Part shown: positions 27,040 to 41,382 of the stretch, piece after piece | Numbering within the stretch: the stretch's first letter is position 1 | Layout: each line of letters begins with the position of its first letter | NCBI GenBank assembly: GCA_000165425.1 | Contig: CT868008.1 | Location: forward strand, 186,001 to 250,000 | Reading direction: 5' to 3' | DNA length: 64,000 nucleotides | Source: Paramecium tetraurelia | Taxonomy: Eukaryota | Notes under the pieces: generated by a model | What the model was told of the DNA's origin: nothing | Databases searched by the model: none | The model's input: only the letters and a program-made list of their open reading frames with translations | Translations under genes and position numbers: made by a program

Positions 27040-28089
27040 TATATTATTAAAATAAATGCATTTTTTTGGTGATCAGGAAATCAACTATCTTGATGAATAA
27101 TGATGTATGTTAAGTTGTTTTAGACATCACATCATAAAATAAGAGATTTTATCAAGTTGTATTTGTTTTAAAGTAAATTAACTTTTTACTAAAATAGTAT
27201 TTGTTCTATTCTATTTGTCTCGATAGTGAAATCTGTTATCATCTACTTAAGAGGATTTCACTTAGGTTTGATAACTAAGCATAATTGAGTTATTAATAAA
27301 CTAAAATAATTTAGAAATGCAAATTTTTAGTATTTACTGGAGAGATATCTCATGGTATAATTTGAAAGGTCACATTTCTAGAGGGTCGCTTTTGAGATTT
27401 ATTTTTAGATATTTAAAATATCTTTATAATTTAATAGCAAATATTTGTATTTATTCATTTTACTAATTAATTATAAGTATTTATATTTAAAATAACATTA
27501 TAATATATTGATATTTATTATTGTCTTGATAAAATGGGAAGATCGTATATAATTGAAAAAAATCATTATTTTTAAAGATCACTCTAAGCAATTAATAAAA
27601 TTAGAATTAGGATATCATTATCATAATAAAATACTCATTTTATTTATAAGGATTTCGTATTCTGTGCTAAATCTCTATCAATTTGAGGGTGTAACATCAC
27701 CTTTGATTAATTTTTCTTTGCTTATAAGAGATATGTAAAAAGATGTCTTGTCTTTGCTGTTACTAAAAGTTTCACTGGTTTATGGAATAATATACTCAAT
27801 TTCAAATTAAGATCACTATTCCATCCTTATCTTAGTGTAAATGCGAAAACTTTCTATGATGTGCTTTGACTGAGCACATAAGAATCAAATAAAAAGTTTC
27901 TCAATAAGTATTTATTAGCAAAGTGGATAGAATTAAAGTAGAAAATAGTGTTAGTGATAAACACATTAATGCAAATGAATTCTAATTAAAATTATATCGA
28001 TATTGCAAATTAAAATACAACCCCAGGCCTTATTCTAAATAATCTAAAATTTTTTAATTCTTGTATAAAATATATAGTAAAACTAATTA

Positions 28090-29831
28090 ATGAATTACGA
28101 TCTACAGCAACTGAAAAAAATATATACAAGTAAAAACAAGAAGCCTCCTACTGATAATCGATCATCAAGAAATGTTGGAGATCAATCAAAGGATAGGCAA
28201 ACCTTGAATATATCATTTAATGAAAAAAAAAAATCAACTCCGAAAATTAATGTTCTTTTATAAGAACTTCAAAAAAGAACTAATTCATAAGAATAGTATT
28301 TTAATAGAACTTCTACTCCGAATTCTTAACATGAAAAATCATTAATAAATAAAACACAAAGATCTATTTCACCATAACTTTTATATTAAATGCCTTAGCA
28401 ATTGAAAAAAATATATCAACAAATAAATTGTTAAGTTGGGTAAGATAAGATACTAAATAGAAATTAGAAACTCGATTCTTTTAAATGCAGAACAGAAGAA
28501 TCGAAATCCCATAAAAATGAATCAACAAGTTATACTATAAGTGATTCAGAAGAATAAATATAATAGTTTATTAATTTAGAGGAAATTGTGTTTACCATTT
28601 TGGCTGTTATCAGCAAAAAGTAAAAGGTAATTAAATAATGCTAAAATTATCTTAATTAAATATCTACTTTTATGGTTGAAGAAAAAGATCAGATACATTA
28701 ATAAATCTTATGTAAATCAATGATCTTGGAAAGAATTGGCATTTTAGTTGTTCTCTATAAAGCATTATCTGATACATTTGATGAGGATTAATAAAACATA
28801 AAAAATTTAGTATTTTACATACACAGCAGCATGGTTTTACATTTGGAGTCGATGCTTTAATCAAATTCTTTTTCTCAATCTTAAAAGGCATCAATACAAG
28901 CTAGATTAAATAAGGTTAGAGCCAGAAAAAACCAGCAAATGATCGATATTAATTTAATACGCAAAAATAGTAATGTCGTATATTCTCTTCTAATTCTATT
29001 GTAAGTTTATTATCAATATTTTTAGCGTTGAAAATGCAACTGATAATAATCTTAATTAATTAGAAAAAGTCTTATCAATAATCGACAACATCAACTTACA
29101 ATAAGGAACAAAATTTATTAAATACTAATATGATAAAATAGTATTAAATATAAATCTATATTTTTAAGCTAGTACATATTTAATAGTTGAGATTAACAAG
29201 AGATTCTTCGGACTTTTAGTTTGACTATGAAGAAGTGATTGATTGTTAACAGATACCTTACTTATCTAAAACAAATAAATACACTTTGGTTATAGATTTA
29301 GATGAAACATTAGTCCATTATTAAGAAGTAATTGAGCTTATTTTTATATAGTTAGTGGATGATGGATAGTTTTTAGTTAGACCATATGCATAATAATTCT
29401 TGAAGGAGATGTCTAAGTACTATGAAATAGTGATTTTTACTGCAGCACAGTAGGATTATGCTGATTTCATATTGGATTTAATAGATGAAGGTAGAGTGAT
29501 TGGATATAGACTATATCGTTAGCACACTACATTGGTCGACAATACTTACATCAAAGATATTCAAAGGATTGGTCGAGATGTAAGGAGAACCATAATTATC
29601 GATAATCTGGCTGAGAACTTTAAGTTTCAACCGGATAATGGAATCTAGATACAGAGTTGGTATGGAGATTAGGATGATTAAGCCTTAATTTTTCTATCCC
29701 CCTTACTGATTCAAATAGTTCAGAAGAAGATTCCAGATGTCAGAGATGCTTTAAGAAGGTTTAGAGACTAGATGCAAAAAAACATTGAAGATGGTATCTC
29801 AGATCCTCATTTGCATTTAAGTTTAGATTGA
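28090..29831 (+). CDS. NIF/FCP1-like CTD phosphatase (HAD family) with long N-terminal extension
   Basis: YTLVIDLDETLVHY, VRPYAQQFL, EIVIFTAAQQDYAD, RLYRQHT, IIIDNLAENFKFQPDNGI. Confidence 0.9.
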
Positions 29832-30002
29832 TTAAACTTAAAGAGAAAGTTTTGATTATTTACAATGTTGTCTTATTAATATGATTATGATTTGAAAGCA
29901 AATTCATGAATTTTTTCTGAATTGAATAAATTTGGATTTAATAATCTAATGAGGTTAAAAATATAAACTTTTAAATTGCCCCGCATTTTAATTTGAAATA
30001 AA

Positions 30003-30641
30003 ATGAAAGAATGCAGATTTAAGATGAACGGAAGATTGGACAATAGAAAGTAGTTAGCGTAGGATATCCCAGAGAATATACAAGATGTCAGTTATGAAGA
30101 AGATGAAAGAAGATCAATATTTATAAAATTCTAATAAAACCATAAATTATTAAATAAAATAATTAAGAATAAGATAAGTATGATTAGATCTTTTAAGTAA
30201 TACACCTAGGAGACCAGCAAACGATTGTTGAGCCCTTTATAAAGCAGTCATTTTGGATACAGTCCAGAGACTAATCTAATATCGAAGCCTTAAACGCATA
30301 TTGCGAGGAAATCAAGTCTTATTGACTTGAGGTAGTTCGAGGAGAAAAAATTCCAACTGCCGAGACACAAGGAGAACAATGTAATTAGGAAGCCTGTGAC
30401 GTCTGATCCAATGTCTAGTAAGAAGATTTTGCAGATAGTAAAAGAGGCTCAATAATAATTATATTCATCTCAATAACCTAGAACTTAATAATAAGTGCAA
30501 TAGCAAAAGCAGATCAGAGTTATAACCTTAGAGAATTAAATCGAGGGTCTAAATTTTACTTTTGCTCAAAATTTCTCGAATAAGAAAGAAATCATGAAGG
30601 AGTTTTCGGCACACAGCTTAAAAAAGAAGTTTTTTGCTTGA
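30003..30641 (+). CDS. Uncharacterised protein
   Basis: Ciliate-code frame MKECRFKMNGRLDNRKQ...NFTFAQNFSNKKEIMKEFSAHSLKKKFFA then TGA; start uncertain. Confidence 0.6.
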
Positions 30642-30693
30642 TTCATATATATTATATCAACGATAACATTTATACTAATTTATTTATTAATAA

Positions 30694-31464
30694 TCAATCT
30701 TTTCTAAGAGGCTTAACAATTCTTTCTGTTCCAGCAGCAGTGATGATCAAGATCTCAACGTTGTCTCCGGTATGAATGTCTCTCTCGGCTGCACAACTGA
30801 AGCAATCCAAAATGATGTCCAGTATTTCCTCCCTTGTTTAAGGAATGGTTTTATTTATTTTATTGTAACCTTTCAATTGATTATCCAACACAGCCACTAC
30901 TAATTCTTACCCACTTCCTTGAACCCCATAAGTCATCTAATCATAACTACCAATTGCATCATATCCATAAACTACTCCGTGATTGTTTTCATCTAATCCA
31001 GCCAATAAGTTGAAGGTGTAATAAGGGAAAAATCTTCTAGAGTACAATTCTCTTGACAGCAAATGAGCGACAGTCTCTGTAGAAGCCTTTGATAATTATG
31101 ATACATTCTTACTTGCACTTCATTCTAAAACTCATACAATTATAATCTTTGTTATAGAAACTTTCTCAATGCAATAAAATCTGCATATTGACCAGCTGTG
31201 GCCAAGACACACTTATCTGTCAATTAAGACAATTTAGTGGCATCTCTTGATAAGATGTTGTATCCATTGCTCAATCTTGTGTCTCCTGCTACGATGACTG
31301 CTCCTGGAATGCCCACAGCTTTTGAATTAATTCTTGTATTTACCTAATACAGTCCCTGAATTATCATGATATGGACTCCATTAATCACTCTTATGAGTAA
31401 TGTTGGCCATTGCAGGGGCGTCTTGCTTAAAGTGCTTAAGCATGTCATTCACGGGGATATACAT
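30694..31464 (-). CDS. PSMB1: 20S proteasome subunit beta-6 (PSMB1/PRE7 type)
   Basis: WSPYHDNSGTVL|AVG..AVIVAGDTRLS, LYSRRFFPYYTFNLLAGLDE, YDAIGS, AAERDIHTGD, PLRKD C-terminus. Confidence 0.93.
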
Positions 31465-31475
31465 TTTTAAAATTA

Positions 31476-32411
31476 ATGAATAACAATAATACTAATCTAG
31501 CCAAGAATTTATGGATTGAATGGTAATTGTTTAAGAAAAATGAATAAACCAATCCCACTTTGCAAATGAAGAAACAAGGCATCATGAGCAAAACAGATCA
31601 ATATGCTGAATTCACATACAGACCAAATGCAACTAGTCCACCATCTATGTAAGAATTCTATGAATCTGTTATCAATGGGATCATTAAAAGATTTTAATTG
31701 GGTCTCTATCAAGGTGAATATCCATATTATAATGAATTATAAAGCTGTTTACACGAATTCATTAGGTTGATGAATTTCAAATCAGAAATATTGGTGGAGG
31801 TCTTTTAATCCATAACAAATTTGAATCTAAGCAAAGAAACATTTCCTAATGTGGTTGTACCATGTGCATCCTGTGGTATGTTTATCTATATCGTGCAACA
31901 TTGTACTATCTGTTACTCTGCATTTTATTGTGATAAAACTTGTTTGAAGAATGGTAGACAAAAACATGAATCAGAATGTTAATAAGCTAAGATTACTCCT
32001 TCAATTATTTACCCATTATAAGTGGAAATTCATTGTGGTAGTTCATTAGGAGATGATGTGAAAATATATTTTTAGCATGAAAGAAAATTGTCTTTATTGT
32101 ATAGAGGTTAGAAATTTCTGAATTCTATGTACAAAATTTTACTAAAAAATCGTTGGCTTAAGAATAATGGGTATAATATAATTGAAAACGAAACGTCAAT
32201 CCAATTGCAAAGTACCAAAAAAGTTGATATGAAACCTGCAGAAGACTAGGGTGATCCCAATTTCTCTGATGAAGATTTGTATTTAAAAATGCCTTGTGTT
32301 CAAGAAATCAAAGTGATTTTTCTAAATCAAGGAGCCATTTTACAAGATATTATCAAAGAAACTTACAATTTACAAACAAATTTTATTCATATATATTATT
32401 TTCCTATTTGA
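31476..32411 (+). CDS. MYND-type zinc-finger protein
   Basis: CASCG...HCTICYSAFYCDKTCLKNGRQKHESEC matches MYND spacing; intronless-looking frame from ATG 31476 to TGA 32409-32411. Confidence 0.78.
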
Positions 32412-32429
32412 AATAATATATTAATAAAG

Positions 32430-34329
32430 TCATTAAATTATCTTTTATAAATTCTTTAATCTTTTTTTTAGATTATTCAAAACTTCATTTGATTTTTTTG
32501 TTAATTAGTTTTGTGAAATATCCAACAACTCTAATTCTTAATGATATGACTTATCTAACTCGTAGCATAATTACAGAATTGATTCATCATGCAATAAATT
32601 ATTTCTCAATCTCAATTCCTTGATCACAGGCTCAGCTATCAAATCAGGTAAAATGGTTTAGAACCCTTCATCTGTTAATTAATAATCATTAAAATCGTAG
32701 ATCTCAGTCTCTTGAGGATCCTTTCCTTCAAGATTAATTGCTAACAATTCCTCTTATAGTTAATTTCTTTATAATAATAAAATCATACTCCTATATACAT
32801 GCCATCTCTTAATCCAATTCTATGACATCATTATAAGGTTTAGAAGAGACAGGTTGATTTGGATTATTCAGAAGTTAGTTCTTAAAATTTCCTATTACTA
32901 ACTCTTTATCTTTTATGACATCTCTCAATATTCTAAGTCCCTCTGAATCCTAAGGTTCTCCAATGCAATATTCAATTATAGGTTTACTTTTGAATTTGAA
33001 CTCAATCAACGATGGCCTGCCTGAATAAAAGATTTCAAGTAACACTAATTTAGGTTCTTTGCTTGTGCTGAATATAAACAAGGTATGAAACCCTTTTATT
33101 TTAGCACTAAAGCAAGAATAATTCTATTTCCTCTATCCAATTTACACTATATTCTATTTAGTCATAAAGACAACATTGTTTTAATTGAATGTCCTGACAT
33201 CTCTTTAATTGACAAGTAGCAAACCTGTAATGCCATCTTAATTCTCTAATTCTGATAATCGAAAGATGAATTGAGATTCATTTTATGTGTTTATGACAAT
33301 TTGATAACTTGGATTGTTGATCCATTGTTAATTATTACCAGGAACACCATGAGTAGTCGTAGTGACATTAATAAAGAGTCCTCTGTAATCATCAGGGAAA
33401 TCTTTAATTATTACAATGCAATTGAAGTTTTAAGTAATGTCTTTGATTGTAATCTCATGTGAGCTTACTTAAAAGTGATTCACAATTTTGACTTTATTCT
33501 CTTGAATAGATTCGAAAACATACATTTAATTTAATGTTGGTAGAAAGGAGGATTGAACCTTTTAATTTTTATTAAATCCTATACTGTTTATTTGCATGAA
33601 TCCAACAATGCTTCCATTTTATTATAATAAAGTCAAAGTTTATTACAACTACTTTTAATTAACATTATCAGGATTTTCATAAACTATTATTTCAGGATCC
33701 AAGCCACACAGATTTCTTATTGAGTCTCTCAGAGAAATACCAACCAATTAATCATAGCCGCCCAAAATAATAGACATTGCCTTTTCTAATAGACTTACCC
33801 AAATGGAATTATAACCAGAACGAGAATATTTTGGTAAATGACTGGAGAAATAAACAAAAGGATCAATAATTACTGAGTATCTCTAATTCTTTTTGTATAA
33901 TTTGAATATGTATCTATCTTGTTCTTCATCTATAATATAAAGTGAGCTAAAGAGTTATTGATGACTAACAATAAGAGCTATCGCATTTAAAAGCTCTCTA
34001 TCTTATAATTATCCTTAGATGATTTGAATTGTTTGCGAAACAAATTGCATATTGTGAGCTTCTTCCAAAGTTTCAGTGATATGGATCAAATCATCGGATG
34101 GTTAAGGCAGAGTCATTTATTTTAATTGTTCTATGACTGTTTCGGAATGCCCTTCTAAAACATTTGGAGCGATTAGTTTCTATGTTAATGTTCTCATTTT
34201 TTATAAATTTCTTTCCATTAAGGAAATTGATGGTTAAGAAATTTATTGGGATTGTTGTTGTGATTTAAGGGATTTAGTCTTATCTGATTTTTCTGATTTT
34301 GGTTTATCTTCTAAATTGTTATTCGACAT
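32430..34329 (-). CDS. Calpain-like (CysPc) protein lacking the catalytic Cys, with C-terminal leucine-rich repeats
   Basis: IIQGQLQDRELLNAIA (cf. QG.LGDCW), VIIDPFV, IWVSLLEKAMSIILGGYDQLVG; C-terminal IKELRLRNNLLHDE and LELLDISQNQLT LRRs. Confidence 0.78.
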
Positions 34330-34344
34330 TTATTAATATTTATA

Positions 34345-35066
34345 ATGGCAAATAATTAAATCGCTACTCAAAGATTAATGCGTGAGAAATAAAAGATGGA
34401 GCAAAATCCAAGTGATACATTTTTGGCATTACCTACCCGTTCTAATATTTTTGAGTGGCACTTCGTCTTATTTAATTTTGCGAGTGATTCACCTTACAAA
34501 GGAGGACAATATCACGGAATAATCCACATCCCAACTGACTACCCACTTAAACCTCCAGCAATTAAATTTGTTACTCCAAATGGCAGATTTGCTGTCGGAG
34601 AAAAAATTTGTTTGTAAATGTATATCAAGATCTTAGATCATTCACAAATTACCATCCAGAAACATGGAGTTCTTCATGGACGATTTCATCTATGCTTATT
34701 GGCTTGATATCCTTTATGCACACCAATGAGAAAACAGTGGGTGGTGTTGACTGCAATAACTACTAGAAATAAATCTATGCAAAATAGTCAATTAAGCATA
34801 ATTTACTAAACCCATAATTTACAGAACTGTTCTCTCCTCATTTTGATAAGTTGGCGATTAGTTTAAATGAACAATAGGAAAGTTAGCCCTAATAGCCTGA
34901 TTTTCAGGTAACCCTACTCCCACAAAGACCAGAAGCACCGGATAGATTGAATGTCAATAACAACAATATTAATAACAATAATGCAGTGAGAAAATTGGTA
35001 GTCTTCATAGTCTTATTGTTGGCATTCTTACTATTAATATTCTATGTGATTTTCGGATTAATTTGA
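34345..35066 (+). CDS. UBC6: Tail-anchored ER ubiquitin-conjugating enzyme E2 J (Ubc6-like)
   Basis: NIFEWHFV, PYKGGQYHG, YPLKPPAIKFVTPNGRF, KICL|SFTNYHPETWSSSW, C-terminal TM helix LVVFIVLLLAFLLLIFYVIF. Confidence 0.92.
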
Positions 35067-35106
35067 ATACTGTTATAAGATCATATTATATACACATTTT
35101 TATATA

Positions 35107-36333
35107 TCATTTAAGAATTAGATTAATTTTATTTCCCTTATACTCGTATTCTGAAAGAACTGAAATGACCTTCAATGCTTCATAGATATCCAACATTGTA
35201 ATCTAGATACTGTGCTATTCTAATTTAATTTCTAATCAATAAAGTTGATGAATACCTTAAATTTTCCCAACAAGTTTTACCATGTCTTGGATATCAAGCA
35301 GATCACTGATTCCAGAAAAAACGAGGACTTTACTAAGAGGGACTATTTTGAATTTGGTTTAACTTCCAACATAATATTCTTCATTAGGATTTGATGCTTC
35401 AAGATTATCAATCTAATGAAACAATATTCTTATCTAAGTTTGATATAAGGTTTTAGTACTTCTCTGTTGAAAAACATAATATTATTGAGCAGTTCCTTAG
35501 CTATAGTAGCATGATCGATGTTGGTAAATTGTAAGATTGCAATATTGTCCTTCTTTTAAAACAACAGTGCATTCAAATGGCCAAATCTATTGAACATGGT
35601 TATACAACATCTTGGCAGTCACTCTCTCATCTATGTTTTGTACTTTCAAATATTTTGATGGTTTTTAAGCCAGTAATTCATTAATGACTTGTTGTTATTC
35701 ATCAAATTGAGTTAGGTTAGATCTTGCTACTTCATTTGCATAATCTTCATCTAAAATTCTTTCCAATTATTTTAATTATGTTTCCATACTATAAATTTAT
35801 AATAATTTTAAACATTGCTTTCGTTGGAGATTCTTCCGATGCTTGAGACACATCAACTGCCTCTAATTTCAATACTTATGTTAAATCTATTAGGGGTGGT
35901 TTGGCTTCTTCCTCTATAAATAAAGGGGCTTTTGGCAGATTTTACACCTGCTTTTAGGGTTAAACCTGTGTCTCTACTTCGTGAGGTTAATATTAAGTGC
36001 CACGAGTATGATCAACCACTTCGAGATTGAGCTACTTTAAACGAGAAAAATGGATAAGAAGCCTATAAGTAGTTCCACAATTGATAGGTACCTGCCTCCC
36101 TAAGGTGTGATCGATTTACCCATCATATCTCTTCTAGCTGAGATTGCGTGTTTGATGTCGTAATATTCAATGAATGCCTTGTTTGTTTTTCCTCTCTCAA
36201 AAATGAGTATTTTCTTGATCTCTCCGTATTGTTTGAAAGTCTCGAACAAGTAATCATTCGTAAGAGGGAAAGAAGGAGGTAGATAAGTTATGATAAGTAA
36301 CAAAATTTTACTGGGTGGGTCTCTTGAATTCAT
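35107..36333 (-). CDS. PTB/hnRNP-L-like multi-RRM RNA-binding protein
   Basis: SKILLLII..LFETFKQYGEIKKILIFERGKTNKAFIEY, LLIHFSRL; later RRMs with MLYNHVQQIWPFECT and LKVISVLSEYEYKGNKINLIL. Confidence 0.8.
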
Positions 36334-36949
36334 TTACTAAATTAATCAATTTAACAATTTCATTTGTCATATTTAATTCTAAATGCTTGCTCATTCTCCC
36401 TAAACCAATACATCATCCAATAACCTTCTCAAGTTTATAATAACTTGTTATATAAATTTACAACTGATAATCAAATAACGGGAAAAGCGAACAAAATTAA
36501 CATATATATTCTTAACAGTTAATAGAAAAGACTTTTTTGATTCAATATCAATATCATTGAGATAATCAATCTAATTTAGATAAAAGTCTAAAGTGTTATT
36601 TATACTTGGCTTGACTTTTCAATAAGACAAATATTCAATTTTTTCAGATATTTAAATATAAATATTCCTAATCAATAGATTTAATAATTCACTTAGTATT
36701 TTATGTTTACGACCTCAAGATTTATTTATCTTAGCTTATTCTTTGTTACTATAATTCAATTTTAATTTCTTTAGATAAATTTTGATTTCACTCTTTAGTT
36801 TTTATATTATCTGGATAAAATTTAGAAATCTTTGCTTTTGATTACGTGAGTTCGATTAAAATAAAAAAAATTAAATCTTAACAAAAAATTCAAACAAATA
36901 ATTTGAAAAATTTAAAAAACATAACTAAGAATAATATATAATTTAATCA

Positions 36950-39900
36950 TCACTTTAATTAATATGAATATGTGATTTTTTTGAGTTGGTGTCTTTTATA
37001 TTTCTAAATAATCTAATCTTTATTATATTGTGGATAATAAGATTTAAGATCGCATGCTTATTCAAATTTGTTGTGAAACTATTCCTCATTTAATGGACTA
37101 TTATTTTCATTATATTATCTATAAGTGTCAGTCCGATATTTAAAATCGTGTTTCTGTGTGTCCAGCTTAGTATCTTCTCTAATTTTTTGGCTATCAGTTC
37201 TCAATGATATCGTATATCTTTAGCTTCTTGACCTACTTTGCATAGATAATTATTTTGAAGTATAAGATCCTTCCTTTAAGAGATTTTTGTTAATTTTGTC
37301 TGTATCGTTCATCTCTCCTACAGAAGGAATTGCCTATAATGGATTCTTAATGGATTTAGTGTTTGATTAACTTGTCCCAATTTGAGATTTCTTTTTTCTA
37401 TCTTAGGCAATATATAAACTATCTTCAACATTATTCCTCTAAAACAACTATTTTTCATCCTAATAGAATAAAGGAGGTGAAGCATTAGGTACAGGAGGTA
37501 TACCCATACTACTTTATGGTAAGTTTCCGCTACTGGATTGACTGCTGGATTTGTGTAATAATTGTTAATTTAGATGATTTGGCTATTATTGACGTTGCCC
37601 TATAGAATGATTGGAATATTTATCAGAATCTTATTATTTAGAAATCTTTCTTTTAGGATATTCTTTCAGAAATACATTAAATGAGCTTTAAGATAATTAA
37701 GAGCTTGGTATTTGTTATACCTTAACTGGAATTCCACTCATTTTATCTATTTGAGAATCATGTGATTTGATTCCAGATATAGATTTTTAGAATTTAGATT
37801 CCTCTTCAGAATGAACACTTAAGGAATTCAATGACCTAGACCGTTTTCTGAACCTCACATTTTTTGCTGTTTGATAGTGCTATTAGGCTTATTATTATTA
37901 AGATTTATGAGTTGATGTATGTTCTTAATACCTAATTTCTTATGTCATCTTAGTTTAATGAGTCCTCTCAATTTGACTAGCATCTGGATCTTCTTCATCA
38001 GATGAGAATGAAAAGTTATTTTCTTAGAATAAGGAGACAGCATCTTCAAATAATCTTTAACCAAATTTGGCATTGGTAGTCCTTCTATTATTTCTTTAGA
38101 ATAAAGATCGTTTATTGGGAATAGAAAATAAATGCTTTGCTAATATCATTTTCCTATTTAATATTAGATGTAGTTTGCTACATTGATCAATATCATGCTC
38201 ACTCTCCCCACAGCCAATGCATTTGACTCCTAAGTCTAACTTCTGATTCTAGAATGTCCACTAGTCTATTATCATCCTATATGTTTGCTAAATATATTCA
38301 ATTATTACATAATCAACTGGATGAGATTGCAGGATTTCTAAAAACATCTACTTAGATAAATAGGCAAAAGAACAAGCACTATCAGTTTTCACACTATAAG
38401 AATGCAAAGTATTCATGAAAAATGGTCCATGGCCAAAGATATCTCCTTGCTTCATTTTACCTATGTGATATTTTCTGTCCTACAAATCAACAAACATCTG
38501 AGCATCCCCACTTACTAATTAATACAAAGCAACCCCTTCATGAGTACCATTTTCAATTACATAAGAGTTTGGTGCCACTCTATATTCTTAAACATTCTTA
38601 GCTAATTCCAATAAACATTCCTAACTAAAATATCTATAAAAAATGTGAATATTCGTTATAAATTAACCATACAAACATATTTAAATTTCCTCTTTTAAAT
38701 TTGGACTTAAACAATTGATAATCTTATTCTCATCAACAATTCTAAATTTGTCTTCTTAAGTCCATAAATTTTATAAATATTATCTTACTCTAAACTATAA
38801 AGATTATTCGAAATTCTTTCGCTACATGTATCTGTTAATTATGGCCATATTCTCATTTATCTTCTCATCAAATTTATTCATTTCAGCAATAATCATGCCT
38901 ATAGTATTTATTGAATAAGCAAACACTACGCTTGCTATGAACATAGTACAAACACAAAATAATGCTTCTTCATGATTTGCTGGTGTTAAATCTCCATATC
39001 CCACAGTAGTCATAGTCATTACTGACCAATAGATTGAATAACTATAAAGAGCAAACCAAGAATCTTCCACTATTCCTGCTTTATTAATCCAATTATTATG
39101 GTTCTTTTATGCAACCAGATACCATAGGCATCCAAATACATGAGCGTACAAAAATACTGTTCCGATAACACTTAGGAATCTATATCCTATAACAAATCTA
39201 GGATTACTCAATAATCTGCCTTCCAAAGAATGATAGACTCTGCTTAAGGCATTAGATCTTAAAAATGATAAACAATTCACTATCTTAATTATAGCATTGT
39301 CATTCTCAAATGTTTGAATCAATATAATGTTGATGAAAATTGGTAAGATCGATATCAGATCTACAAAAAAATAAGTCTTGAAATATCTCCTTGCTACTCT
39401 TTAGTATTTTATTACTACTTCACCATTTTCGTAGTATCCTGTCCTAAATCCTAAAAATATATCTATCAAATAATATATAAACATAAATATTAATATGTTT
39501 TATGAATTTTCCTTTTCTGCCACAAAGTACCAATTTAACACATTCAAATTAAAACAAATTTGTATTGACAATTAAAATAGAGACGATAATGTTATAAAAA
39601 ATTTCACTAATTCCCAAAAGAATAGAAAATTCCCTTGGGGATCAATTGTATCATTTTTAATTTTATTTAGAAACACTTATAATTTACACACATTAAAGTA
39701 CGATTTTAATGCTGTAAATGCTTAAAGACTATTAATTCTTTGTAACTTCTTCTTTGATTTCACTGGATCATGCATCTTTATAAAACTCTAATTTATGCAT
39801 TTCTCATTTGGATTATTAATATCAGAACTTAAGTCTTAAATTATTTGCATTTGTTATTTATTGACCTTTCTTGAAAAAGGAGATAACTATTTCATTTTTT

Positions 39901-40396
39901 ATATAAATTTTCTTGCCAAATGCATTCTATTTGTAATTTTTGAGAAAATCTTTGAAAAATGCTTAGTCTTTCTTTTTGGAGACTTGGATGATTAAACAAC
40001 TGGACTAATTACAGTCTTACTTTTTCTGTGTTCCTCAGTATCCCCCAACTTTTTCAGCTCAAAGTTAGGACTATCAAATGGGATTAATTCATCCCTAAGT
40101 GATTACTTTAAAGGGGAGTCTTCAGATTAATCAGCACTGTTTCTACGAACCTAACGCGATGATTTGCTTCCAATACTTTTATCATCTTTCACTTTATCAG
40201 GAACTGTCTTATGTTATTTAACTCTATCAACTTTAAGTGCTTAATAATCAATGAATGCGAGAATTTGATCTTCATTAGGTCGTCTTACCTACATCAGATT
40301 TTAATTATTCAACTCTGTCACATAATTATCAAGTCCATTTTAATGACTATCACCTGATATATTAATTGAACCAGAACTCTAAGGTTGTATAATCAT
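36950..40396 (-). CDS. Voltage-gated K+ channel with cyclic-nucleotide-binding homology domain (EAG/KCNH-like, ciliate expanded family)
   Basis: FRTGYYENG, YFFVDLISILP, AHVFGCLWY, YSIYWSVMTMTTVGYGD pore, C-linker and GDIFG CNBD, CIGCGESEHDIDQC, tail FEQACDLKSYYPQYN. Confidence 0.93.
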
Positions 40397-40979
40397 AAAT
40401 ATTAATGAAATATAAAATTAGAATTTAATTTTAATGGAAATTATTTTTATAATAAAATTCTAGATTTCTAAGATTAAATATTTATTTTGATTGATTCTTA
40501 AGTTTCAATCTATATTAACATAATAAATTTAATTGGATGTGTAAAATAAGTTCATATAAAGAAACATTCAAATGAATAAAATATTTTATTAGAAGACTCA
40601 AATAGAATAATATTAACAAGAAGCCAGATTAATTATATCGGATTCTGAAAATAGGAAAAACATTAATAAATTATTTTTCTAATGTTAGGTTTTAATTGCC
40701 ACCAAAAATTTCAAATTGAGTAGTTATTGCTCATAAATTACAAGTAATAATTTGAAAAGGAGATTTTCTCCCTTTAAACATGGATTCAACAAAAGTTCAT
40801 ATTAATATTAATAATAAATAAATTGAATAATATCTAGGTAGATTTAACTAACTTTTATAAATATATGTTTTTGTAATAAATTATGCTTTATGTTAATTTA
40901 AAATTGGACAAGCTCTTATTTTTATTTTAAGTTAATAAATTAAATTTTAAATACAAAATATTATTATTATAATTAAGAA

Positions 40980-41306
40980 ATGGAAATACTAAATGAATTA
41001 TTTAAGAAGAAACCAAAAAAATAGCAATAAACAAATGAAAGAGAATACACAGATTTGAGTGACATTTAAATGATGATTCAATATACTTAGAGAAGACAGG
41101 GATTGGGATTTGACGATATTGATAGAAGAGCAAAATTTTAATAGCCTTTTGTGAAGAAATTGAAAAAGGATCAGATTGTAAAGAAATAGGAGAAACAAAA
41201 TGAGAGTGAAGAACCAAAGTAAAAAGAAGAAGGTGGTAAGAAGGTAGAAAACAAACTTAGTAAGAGCACAATAAAAATAAAAAAGAAATAATTTGTAATA
41301 ATCTGA
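40980..41306 (+). CDS. Small basic K/E-rich protein (108 aa) with an RRQGLGF motif
   Basis: Intronless frame MEILNELFKKKPKK...RRQGLGFDDID...IKIKKKQFVII then TGA. Confidence 0.6.
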
Positions 41307-41382
41307 GTATAATTTTGCGGGTGTATTTAATTTATGATGAATTTTACATAAAAAGTAAAAAATTTTTAATTTGTGATTTTTT

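Noticed and set aside
27855..27885. Short inverted repeat atgtgct...agcacat
   Set aside because: A 7-bp stem is expected by chance in 64 kb of AT-rich DNA and has no other support.
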